Source: Azolla caroliniana (lineage: Eukaryota > Plantae > Polypodiophyta). Taken from it: DNA of 64,000 nucleotides. The DNA lies in assembly GCA_043228905.1 (NCBI GenBank), contig JBHGNT010000002.1:9486001-9550000 (forward strand). The letters run 5' to 3'. Below the pieces are notes generated by a model. It was not told the DNA's origin. It saw only the letters and a list, made by a program, of their open reading frames with translations, and made no database searches. Of this stretch, positions 24,811-36,700 are shown piece after piece; within the stretch, counting starts at the first letter, position 1; each line of letters opens with the position of its first letter. Position numbers and translations under genes: made by a program.

Positions 24811-25886
24811 GAAGCTTGACAAGAGAACATGGCCAGATCCTCATGGATGGAGATGTTCAAAACCTGACCCACATGCTAGGAGGAGTCCACACAAACCAAC
24901 CAAACACACGGTGCCGACCCATCTAACCTGACTCGATACCACGGAGGGTGGTTAACCCCCGGGACGCTACCAAACATGAACCTCCCATCGAGCCCAACAA
25001 CTAAAGCACCTATCAACATACCCCCACTATAGGAGAGCCCAATGATAGACCCACTCAGCGTAGAGCGACACATACGGGATGCTGTAGAGGAATTACGTGT
25101 GATAGAACAAGAAATCAATATATGGACGATGCAACTCGCGAAAGGGGGACAACTGGAAATCATCACTCGAGATATTGAAGTCGCTTTGGAGGAAAGGAAA
25201 GATAGGTTCGCGTGAGTGCAACAAAAACTTCTCCTCTTAGAAGCATCGTCACATACGCACCGTCGAGGCCGTGAGCCCAACCCATCATTGAATTCGAGCA
25301 CAATGGGCGACAACCCTAACGAAGCACACACGCAATGACACCCGATACTGCCACATATGGACACGACCCCCACACATGATCAAACTACCTCAACACCCCT
25401 GAACCCCAACTCGCACTAGCATTACAATCCATCCAAACCCTCGTGGCATTGATGGAAAAAAAGCGAGCGCCCACAGACAATGCGAGAAACCCCATAAAGG
25501 ATAGCGGGAAGAGTGCTTCCATTTCTAAACTAGTACCCCATTTTCTTGGTTTCGGTGACGCCTATGATCACGTAGAGAGGTTCAAGTAGATATGTCGAGC
25601 TTATGAGCCCCTCACAAAGACCACCAAAGTAACCGCATTTGGACTTACACTCGATGACCAAGATGGAATTTGGTTTAGGACCTTGAATGGGGAAATCGTC
25701 ACGGACTTTGAGTATGTCATCGAAGATTTCCTGATAAACTTCGCTCGTAAAGGGAATAAATGGAACCCGATCGACCAACTTTTCGCCCTCAAGAAAGAAT
25801 CGAATGAGACGGTCAGGGACTACATACGCCACACGAAAAGCCTTAACCATCGTTGTAGCTCGAGTGACAAGATGTTAGATGACAAA

Positions 25887-26330
25887 TGTAGAGAAACCGT
25901 GTGGAAACCCTAAAACGGGGAAAACCATGGGAATAGATTCTTCACTATATCTAGTGGATATACAAAACGGAGAAGATTACAACATACTGTCAAGTGTATC
26001 AGCCGCATAGGGCCCTTTGTGTCTGCTGTTACGTACACAACTATGGCGCAGCTCTACCTTCTCTCTCTCACACTCTCTCGTTCTCTGCACACTCGGCCCA
26101 TACATAAAGTTTGCCCTAGTTCTATATATACTTACACACAACTTTCCAGCTATTTACATACGTAGCCCTCATGGGGCGCACACTTAGACTATTTACAAAT
26201 ATAGTCTCCCGAGTTGGCTATTATACACAAATCCGGTTCCTCATCAACTTGGGTCCTATTTTCCAACTCTTCGACTGTCGGTTTTCCGAACAGTTGATCA
26301 TCCTCCCACTGGAGGGACATATTCCCAACA
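25887..26330 (-). mobile_element. Solo LTR (Copia-type, 444 bp) inserted in the gag of A
   Basis: TG...CA ends; TSD ACAAA at 25882-25886 and 26331-26335; U5 motif; gag reads KMLDDK|LMSHF across it. Confidence 0.88.
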
Positions 26331-26559
26331 ACAAATTGATGAGCCACTTCATCAATGGGTTTTTTGACCCGACACTCCAAAATTTCCTGATTGTCAGGAT
26401 GTGTTCATCATTCGCTGAAGCTTGCACGATAGTGATGACTTTCGAAGATTCAATGAGCAGGTTACGGATACCCACTCAAGCACCTATGAACAACTGTGAG
26501 AAGCCCTTGGATCCCATCCCACCCACGCCATCGGGGCCACCCCAGACCCCAAGCCTCGG

Positions 26560-27176
26560 CCGAAACCGGATGTGGAGTACCCGACAACGGAAGACCTGGT
26601 GAGAACCGGATGACGAGTGCCTGGCAAGAACCGGATGGTGAAGGCCCGGTGAGAACCAGATGATGAGTGCCCGGCAAGCGCCGGATGATGCAGGCCCGGT
26701 GAGGAGTGCTCACCGGATGAAGGGACATATTCGTAAATATGTTTTTGAGAGTCCATCGGGGCTATATTTGTAAATAGCCGAAAAGTCATATTAGTATAAA
26801 TATGACTTAGGGCAAACTTAGTGTTGTGTTGTTGTCATTCTAGTTGGTTGTGATAATTCTGTATGTAACCGTGTATAGAGAGAAAGAGAGAGAGAGAGAG
26901 GAAGAGGTAGTTGCCTCTGTTGTAACCGCCGCCTCTGGCGAAGATAGCAAGCTCGAGGTCATTGCCTCGGTGCTTTACTATTGTACATTGTGATATAGTG
27001 ATAGTTTGCAGTCTATGGGCTGCCGTGGTTTTTTCCCTAGTTTGGGTTTTTCCACGTTAACATCCTGTGTACTCCTCTCTTCACTGTGTCGTGCGTACCT
27101 TACCCGTTTTCTGTGTTTGATCCTAGACTCAGTTGTGGCCGAGCGTTGTGCTTAGGGAGCGTGTATTCCTGTCACA
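26560..27176 (+). mobile_element. Solo or partial LTR related to the LTR of element D
   Basis: Shares CTATATTTGTAAATAGCC, TATAAATATGACTTAGGG, GGTTTTTCCC..TTCCACGT and ACTCAGTTGTGGCCGA with 40934-41490; CCGG-rich repeats 26590-26720; boundaries approximate. Confidence 0.75.
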
Positions 27177-28268
27177 TATGCCCAAAGAGAAAATGTAAGG
27201 TGTACGGTGTGGCATGGCCATCACATAAGGCATGAGTGCCCCCTCCTCCACCAACGACGCCCGCAATACTGTAAGTGGTGCAAAGCCTTCGTGATGCCTT
27301 CTCAAGAGAACTATTGGCAAGCCCCAAACAGAAGGTATAGCCAAACACCAATGGTCGAGCACTCACGCTCACCTCCACCGCTTAGCCGCCCACAACTACC
27401 AGCAATACTTGCCCAACAACCCCACTACCATGTATTGGTGCTCGCCTCGCCGAACTGGAGTATGCCACTGATAACCAAACTCAGGTTGGGGGGGGGGGGG
27501 TGGTGCCCCTAAATATGAAGACTCATACTGAGAGTACGGTGTTGAAGAAGAGGTGCTTTCCCACTTCGTGGACTTCGAAGGCGAGCAAATACCAGTGTAT
27601 GTCTGGAGAGGAGAACAAAGGGGCCCGTCTAAGAAGGTCAGAATTGAAATGTTTCAATTGCCAAGGCCCACACATGGTTAGCGAGTGCCCAACCAAACAT
27701 GAGTACTACAACCGGATGGCACAATGACCATGACACCCGCCACTCGAAACACCCCCACAACTATCGGTACAAAGTCTCACCCAACAGTCACACGACCTTA
27801 TCGAGTGGTTCCAAAGAGAAGCATCATGCCTTGGGTGTGGTAAATAACACTTAGTACTTGATTGCCCAGATAGAAAGATTCAACGGATTGGCGCAAATCT
27901 GCTATCTATCGTACCATCAACGGTTGGCGCTAATGTCATCACACAAGCTCAAAGAGTAGCTCATAACTTAAAGTATCATGACCAAGGCCTCCCCACGACT
28001 GCGCGTAAGAGATGAAAATCCAAAAATTATGCATCCACGTAGACCTCAAAGCAAGAAAAAAAACCAAAGGGAGACATAGAAACAATACCTGTCAACCCTA
28101 ACCGAGAGCTGTCAGCACACCTAGCAGCATACCCAAACCCAGTGGCTGAAAAACAAAAGGTCGAAGAGTACATCAAACTCATATTGTCAGGAACAGTACT
28201 AAGATAGAGAAGGAATTAGTACTAAGAGAGGTGAAGGACTCTCGAGAGAAGGAAAGAGTGATGAGAGG

Positions 28269-28321
<53 letters not shown>

Positions 28322-28449
28322 AGAAAAAGATATATATTATGTGAAGGGAATGTATAGTAGTAGCTTGGAGGCTTAAGACTGGCGTTGAACCGATTTGGTT
28401 CGAAATAATGCCTTGTGCCTCCTTTTATAGTGTTCTGAGGAATACTCCT

Positions 28450-28467
28450 GAAGTTTCTAGAATGTTC
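28450..28467. promoter_or_regulatory. Heat-shock element (4 alternating nGAAn units) in the LTR of B
   Basis: GAAgtTTCtaGAAtgTTC, 20-40 bp upstream of minus-strand TATA CTATAAAAGG (28421-28430). Confidence 0.65.
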
Positions 28468-31400
28468 CAGAGAAATTTGGAATATACATCAATTTTCTAT
28501 AATAAAACATATTAAATGAAAATAATATTTTATGTATTATAATGTATGGTCTAATGGTCAAGAACTAGACCCATGTAGCATAAGGTCATGGGTTCGAGTT
28601 TTGCCATATCATGACAATATCCCCCCTTTAAAACGACAGAGTGTCATGAGTCGTTTTGGATTGAGGACCTGGTTTGACTGGATATTGATCATGGAAGTCT
28701 TCAAGAATAGCACGAGCATTGGTCACATTCTCTATCGGTTCCCAAGTACGCTCGCTGGGACTATATCCTAGCCAATCGACTAGATAGTAAAGCTTGTTGC
28801 GAACAATCTTGCAATCAAGGATGGCGGCAACCTCGTATTGAGGTCCATCTTCAAGCTCGATCGGGGGTGGAGGCTATGTAATACGTCCTGGGATGGTGTT
28901 CTCTTGATAGGGTTCGAGGAGAGAAGTATGAAACACCAGATGTATCCGAAGTTGCGGAGGTAGATCGAGACGAAAAGAGACATCATTAATCTTTTCTATA
29001 ATACGAAAAGGACCTAATCGCCGATAATCCAACTTCTCGCATGGGCGAGTAGTCTTGATGTGTCGTCGTAGTAGCCATACCCGATCTCCAATGTTAAAAC
29101 TGGATGGAAGTCGATGACGATCTGCATAAACCTTGTGTGTTTGTTGAACTTGTTGGAGATGAGTAGATAAATCGGCTTGTATCTTGCGTAACCGCTCTAA
29201 ACGATCCTCTGTGCAAGGATTTGTGGACAACTCTAGGGTTTCAAATACACACCACCGGGGGTGAGAACCCGTATAAGCATAAAATGGCGTAACTTTAGTC
29301 GATGCGTGGACAGAGTTATTGTAGGCAAATTCGGCGAAGTGGAGAATATCTACCCAGTCATCCTGATGATAGCTTAGAAAGCACCAAAGATACTACTCCA
29401 GTGTTTGATTTGTTTGTGGGTGGTAGCCGGAGGAGAGGTTACACGTGACCTTGAGCATTTTAAAAAGGTGCTTCCAAAATTTCGATACGAACTGGGGTCC
29501 ACGGTCGCTGATGATACTATCAGGAAAGCCATGATGCCGACATACTTCATGCATGACAATTTCAGCGGTTTCTTCACTAGATATTTCCTTAGTACATGGC
29601 AAGAAATGAGCCATCTTCGTATATCGATCTACGACTGTTAGAATCGCATTGAAGCCCTTAGAGACTGGAAGATCTGTGATGAAGTCTAGAACAATGGATT
29701 GCCACGGCTTGCTTGGAATTGGTAATGGTTCTAATAAACCATATGGATGATGCCTTGGCATTTTCGCTCTGCAACATGTATCACAAGTCCGAACAAAATC
29801 TTTGACAAATTGTCGCATACGGGGCCACCAAAATGATCGTTGTACTAAATCTAATGTTTTAGTACTACCAAAATGCATAACTGTATATGTGTCATGACAG
29901 TTTTGGACTACTCAAAGGTGGCAAGAACCATTAGGAACATACAAGAGTTCTTTAAAGAATAGTAATCCATCATCGTATTTGAAATGCCGATAGTCCATAC
30001 CTGGTGGTTGTGATTGTGAACAAGATGCTCGAGAGGGATCAATTTGTGCTAGAATGTCTTGGGCGAAAGCATCGGTCTTCAAGTCCTCACGTATAGTATC
30101 GATAACGTGGGAATCCATTGGCATGCCAAAGACCTGTGTTGCTTGCAGTCGTGTCGGTCCCAAGATTACTTGCTTTTGGTTATCAAAAGCTGGCTCGCCG
30201 GGATGCGGTGCTAGGTACGAATGCCGTGATAATGCATCTGCCTTCCCTTGGTGCTTCCCCGGACGATATGTAATTTTGAAGTCGAAACGTGTGAGGAAGT
30301 GGGCCCACCGAGCTTGACGTCGATTTAACACACGAGCGTCCTGAAAGTAGGAAAGGTTTTTGTGGTCACTGAATACGGTGACTTGATGAGAGGATCCCTC
30401 TAGAAAATGCCTCCATTGCGTAAAAGTGTCCACTATTGCCAATATCTCCTTATCATGAATTTCGTAGTTTATTTCGGTGGCGTCAAACTTACGTGAGTGA
30501 AAAGCCACAGGATGTAGCTTCTCATCATTACCCCGTTGTGACAGAATGCTCCCCAATGTGAAATCCGATGTGTTTGCTTCGATAATGAATGGTTTTTCCA
30601 GATCGACATGAGCTAGAATTGGAGCCGATGTAAATGCCTTTTTAAGACTCTCGAAAGCCATGTCCGCTTCTTTAGACCAAATGAACGATTGTCCCTTCCT
30701 GGTAAGCTGTGTGAGAGGCAGAACGAGCTTTGAGTAATCCTGTATGAATTTCCAGTAAAAATTGGCAAAGCCTAAAAAGCATTGCACATCTCGCACCGAA
30801 CGCGGAGTGTGTCACTCTACGACAGTTTTGACCTTAGCTGTGTGCATGGAGATGCCTTCCGAGGAAATTCCATAGCCTAGAAATTCCACCTGGTTGCACC
30901 CAAAACTACATTTTTCTAGCTTTGCATAAACACCATGTTCTCGAAGTCGTTTTAGTACTAACAATACATGAGAATCATGCTCTTTTTGGGTCTTCGAATA
31001 AACCAGTAGATCATCCAAATAGATGATCAAACAAACATCCAAGAGATCTCGGAATATATCATTTGCCATGTGGCTGAAGACTGTTGGTGCATTAGTGAGG
31101 CCGAATGACATGACTGTATACTCGAAGTGCCCATATCTAGTGCAAAACACGATCTTCCATTCATCTCCTGGTCGGATCCGTACAAGGTTATAGGCTCCCT
31201 GTAAGTCGATCTTCGTGAAGAACCTGGCACCATTGATCCGTTCTAAAAGACTTGAGATAAGGGGAAGTGCATACCTATTTCTGATTGTCACCTTATTCAA
31301 GCCACGGTAATCTACAACGAGACGAAGTGATCCATTCTTTTTCTTGACGAAGAAAATGGGTGCGCTGGCTGGATATTTCGAATGCCGAATGAAACCATTT

Positions 31401-32129
31401 TCCAAATTCTCCTCTATATAGGCTCACAGGACTTCTAGCTCGGTTGGTCACAAATTGTAGAACGGTCCCCATGGTGGCTCTTTCCCCGGTTGTAAATCGA
31501 TGGGGCAATCATACGGTCGATGGTGAGGAAGCGTATTGGCTTGTACTTTATCGAACACATCGGCATAATGATGATACTTCTTTGGAAGTTGAACCGTGGA
31601 ATCCTCTTTAATGGTGTCTGAGGGCTTTACGGATATTGCGAAGAGAAACATGTCTTCCTTGCGTCCTTCTTCCCGTAACTGATGTAGTGAAATGGTTGCA
31701 ATCTCATGAGTAGACCCTCGGGCTTTTTGATACTGGATTTCTCTTGTTCTCCAATCTATGTCTGGGTTATGTAATTCGAACCATGGTAATCCTAAAACAA
31801 TGGGGTGTTCTGGGATGCTAATTATATTAAATGATACTACACATGCTAGATTATCTAGGACAATATTAATGGGCTCTAACTCTTCTATGATATTTCCGGA
31901 AGCAATGGGACGACCATCAATGACTACTATAGAGGCTGGACATAGGAGTTTTCTAAGTGATATTTGATGAGTTTGGGCAAAGTTCCTATCCATGAAGCAA
32001 GAATTAGCTCCAGAATCTAGAAGTGCTAAGACATGTACTGGAGGGGTACTTTTAGTACTAACTGTTACTTGGGCCACGAACACATTGCTAACTTGCTTAG
32101 AGGAAATGCAACCACTAATGGGCTGCACA

Positions 32130-32185
32130 GATCTAGGGTTGTCCAACCAAACGGCTCCTATTTTGGCTGGACTTAGTCGTTTAAG
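32130..32185 (-). promoter_or_regulatory. Putative -1 ribosomal frameshift signal, gag/pol of B
   Basis: C TTA AAC heptamer, 6-nt spacer, 11-bp stem; pol lies in the -1 frame. Confidence 0.7.
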
Positions 32186-33390
32186 TCTTCTTCTAACTGA
32201 CTAAGGACATCAAATTTGTTCGCTAGATTTAGGCTATTAGTACTATTAGGACTATCAGATATCCCTACTGAAATAGACTCGGGTTTAGTACAATCAGAAC
32301 TAGCAACTATTTGGTTTACCTGCCTTCTTGGTCTATGGGGACAGTTTACCGCGATATGCCCTGGTCCACTGCAATAAAGACATAGTCGGTTTGCTTGGCG
32401 TCGTTGCTTTTCTTCTTCCGATAGCGGTCCACGACGACGTGTGGTGTCAATTTCCATCGGAGTTGGATTACTTACTGGAGGTGCATTATATGACTTCCTC
32501 GGAAAAGGTTTCGCTACCACTGAGGCATAGGTAGGCTCTGATCTTGCCCTCGGAATCTAGAATTGTCGTTCCGAACGTCATTTGAAGAGGCGGTTGTCGC
32601 ATCACACCGCACGACTGATTGCTTCTGTTAATGACCTTGGCTCTTCAGGGAAGGTCAAGAGTAAATCCTTGACATCGTTGCGTAAACCATAACGAAATTG
32701 CTCCATCAATGCGTGATCATCCCAAGGGATATCGGTAGCGAGTAGGCGGAAATCTGCAGCGTATGCGGAGGCTGGACGGTCACCTTGGCGTAATAGCCGG
32801 ATTTTGTTGATTGCAGTGCAGTCCTTATGCTGTCAATATCTCCAAAACAAGCCTTAAACTCACTTATAAATTCTTCAAAATTGTTTAGTAATGGAGATTC
32901 CTTTTCCAACAATGGAGCAAACCATGCTAATGCTGAGCCACTAAGGAGAGTGCCTACTAGTTCCACTCATGATGCATCGGTGGGATATCGAGAAGGATGC
33001 ATTTGTATCACTAAACGTACCTGATTAAAAAACCCTCTAAACTGTGATTGAGTCCCATCAAATTTTGCAGGAAGACCGATCTTGGGTTCTTTATGAATCC
33101 CTTGAGTGCTTGATCCTTGTTGCTGAAATTATATGATAGTCGCTTCGAGTTGTTGTACACGTAACGTCAGCTCCCCATGTTGTTGTTTTTCCAACGCTAT
33201 TTGTTGAAGATCCCCCAACAAACGATGATTTTGTTGTTCTAGTGCTACAAATTTCTCTTTTAAGCACTGGAGCTCTGAGAAAACAGATTGGTATTCCTGA
33301 GCGCTAACAGTTTCCATTTTACTAGGGAGGATAAGAGTATTAGTAAGAAGATAAAAGGAAGAAAAGGAAGATACGGAAGGAAGAACGAGA

Positions 33391-33402
33391 AAATCGGTTC
33401 AA
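33391..33402 (-). promoter_or_regulatory. Self-priming PBS of element B
   Basis: Exact 12-nt reverse complement of LTR positions 33600-33611, the predicted transcript 5' end; no TGG tRNA-type PBS. Confidence 0.8.
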
Positions 33403-33711
33403 ACTGCCAGGAATAGTACTAAGACAGAGAAGGAATTAGTACTAAGAGAGGTGAAGGACTCTCGAGAGAAGGAAAGAGTGAGTGAGAGGGAGGGAGGGAG
33501 GGAGGGAGAGAGAGAGAGAGAGAGAGAGTGATGATAAGAAAAAGATATATATTATGTGAAGGGAATGTATAGTAGTAGCTAGGAGGCTTAAGACTGGCGT
33601 TGAACCGATTTGGTTCGAAATAATGACTTGTGCCTCCTTTAATAGTGTTCTGAGGAATACTCCTGATGTTTCTAGAATGTTCTAGAGAAATCTGGAATAT
33701 ACATCAATTTT

Positions 33712-36700
33712 TGTTGAGAGACAAGCTCAACATCGGCCGGATCGGCCGAGCAAGTTGAGGACTGGATCAGTTGGAAACCGGTACGCAGACCGGTGCGTAA
33801 GAAGGTCGGATCGGTGCAGAAACTAGGCGGCCATCAAAAAGATATTCCTCAAGGAATATATTTGGGAGTTAGTGTCGAGGCTCATTTATGAGAAGTCAAG
33901 TACTGTCAGTACTTGTGTAAGCCCGATTGTCAGGGTTTGTATAAAGGTGCTCACTAAGCACATCCTATGTATATATTGAGTATTATTTCGAATATAGTTC
34001 TGCTTTTTACTCTCTCTGTCTCTCCCATGAGTACCGTGCAAACCTAAGCTTTCCATTAAACCTACGTTTTCTGTTGTTCGGTTTCCTATATTGCTTCCGC
34101 ACGCCATTCTTTTCACGGTATCAGAGCGCGAGGGTTGAGAACCTCTGCAGTCGACTTTGCTTGAAGGAAAAACCAACGAAGAAGAACAAGAAAACTGATG
34201 GACAGAGGAATGGCTAGCTCGCTTCCGACGGAGAAGCTCGACAAAACCAACTACGCATCTTGGTCCTACAAGATGCACCAATACCTGCTTGGGCACGGTT
34301 ACTGGAGCTATGTCGAAGGAGCGAATGACGCGGCACCCAAATTGACACACAAAGACTTCCCGGCGTGGGAACAATCGGCGAGCAGAGTGTTGTACTGTTT
34401 CACGTCTTGTGTGGGCGAACAACTATTAAGCTACGTTCGGGGTGCGTGGGAAAATCTGAAGAAGATCTTCGCCGTGAGCACCACAACCAGGAAGCTTCAG
34501 CTCTTACAAGAGTTTAGCAACCTACGACAATGCGATTTGTCGGTGGCTGACTATACCTCGAAGATCAAGGACATATGTGACTCCTTAGTTTCCATCGATG
34601 TGAACATTGAGAAAAGCGAGATGGTCCAGGTCTGTCTCGGGGGTTTGGTGTCAAAGTTCGGGGCGTTCCAAACTGCTATGTGTACCCGAGAGAATACGCC
34701 GTCCTTTTTCGACTTAAAGTCAATGCTACTGGTAGAGGAGAACCACGCGGGTCTGTCAACGAGCACGCACACCGATAGCAAGATGTTGTACACGGAGGGA
34801 GATAGGCCCTGTGGACGTGGAGGACGAGGCGAGTCGGTGCGCAATGGAGGCGGCCAACGAGATCAAGGAAGGAGGCACCGAAATGATACCGACAACAATT
34901 CCAGACCCTCCGGAAACAGGGGGAGTCGAGGCAATGAGAATGGGCAAGGGAAACCCGCCACGGAATGCTGGTATTGTGGCAAGAAAGGCCATAGGGAGAG
35001 GGAGTGCTCGAAAAAGCGCGCCGAGTCGAAGAGGACCGGTTCCGGAACAGGTTCCGGACAGACAGACAAAGGAAATTGGCAACGATCGCACTACGCCGAG
35101 GGATCCAGAGAAACCGGAAAAGGGTCAGTCTTCGTGACGAGACACGAAACAAACTCAATGAAGTAGAACACGCTAAAATCAGACGAGGTGTGGTACGTCG
35201 ACTCCGGCGTGTCAAATCACATGACGAGCCATAAGGAGTGGTTCTCGTACCTAGAAAAACCGATGCAACCGGGAGTAGTCGCAACTGGAGACGATACTCC
35301 GCATCCGATCGCGAATGTCGGAGAAGTTCCCTTGAGTCATGTCGGGTAGAAAAGGAAACTCATGAATGTGCTACACGTTCCGACAATCACGAAGAAATTG
35401 GTGTCGGTCGGACAGATCGTCGACCAAGGGATGGAGATCCGGTTTACACACCTCGGGTGCTTCATTGAGGAAGAAGGTCGTGTTATTGCGCAAGGGTGCA
35501 GAGATGGGAGCATGTTCATCCTCGAATCTACTGACGGTGGCACCGCAATGTTCATGAAGGGACAAAAAGTCGAGTCAGACATCAACTTATGGCACAAGCG
35601 GATAGGCCACGTCAACTACCAGCGGCTTCAAGACCTGCAATCGAAACAAGTGGTGTTCGGATTGCCCAAATTTAGTGGCCGGAAGGCACAAATTTGTGAA
35701 GCCTCCTAGCTTGGGAAGCAACACCGACTTCCTTTCCCCAACGAGTGTAAACGGATCTAGAACAAGCTCGACATGATACACTCCAATGTGTGGGGGGCAG
35801 CACAAAACGTTAGTCTTGGCGGGAGCCGATATTTCTTCTCCTTCATCGACGACTACACGCGGCACACGCGGATCTACCTCATTGAGAGGAAGAACGAAGT
35901 CTTCGACTGTTTCTGGGACCTCAAAGGGTTCGTGGAAACGGAAACAGGAAGAAAGATCAGGTGCCTGCGGTCGGATGGTGTAAAAGAGTACTTTTCCGGT
36001 CAATTCAACGGATATCTACAGCAGATGGGAATTCAACGTGAATTTTGTTGTAGATACACGCCGGAGCAGAATGGCGTGGCCGAGAGGAAAAATCGATCGG
36101 TTGTGGAAGCGGCACGGGCAATGCTGGAGGAGAAGAGCTTGCCCAAGTTCTACTGGGCCGAGGCGGTAAGGACTACGGTATACATCCAGAATTGGATCGA
36201 AGACAAAGTGTCGGCGCACGAGCTATATTTCGGAATCAAGACGAACTTGCGACACTTACGAGTTTTCGGTAGCATTGCGTATGTGCATGTGCTGAAGGAG
36301 AAACGTAGGAAGCTAGATGCAAAGGCTGAGAAATGTATCTTGGTCGGTTACTCGGACGAGCAGAAAGGTTATAAGTGTTATAACCCGCGCACCAAACAAG
36401 CGCGCGTGAGCCGCGACGTTGTGTTTGAGGAGTCCGCATCCTGGTACTTGTCTCCGACTCCGGACCTCGCTTCCAATCGGAGTTATGATGATGAGGTCAG
36501 CGAGGCCGAGATGCCTCCAGATGAGCCTGAAATCGGGACCCGCGAAGAGAGTTCGATTTCGTTTCAGTTAAGTGGACCGAATGCACGACTGAGTCGGTAC
36601 GACCAGTCTGATGAAGAGTCGGCGAGTAGTGGAGACTCGGCCATGCATTCCCCGCGTAGGAAGCCGAGGAGATGGCTTACGCACAAAGAGAAAGGGAAGA

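Noticed and set aside
24432-24926. 164-aa repetitive protein (SFDERSKF repeats)
   Set aside because: Arises from an 18/36-bp array in a TE leader, open in several frames, TTG start
34551-35284. Long antisense ORFs over Copia gag (also 49723-50784)
   Set aside because: Shadow frames of GC-rich coding sequence with no motifs
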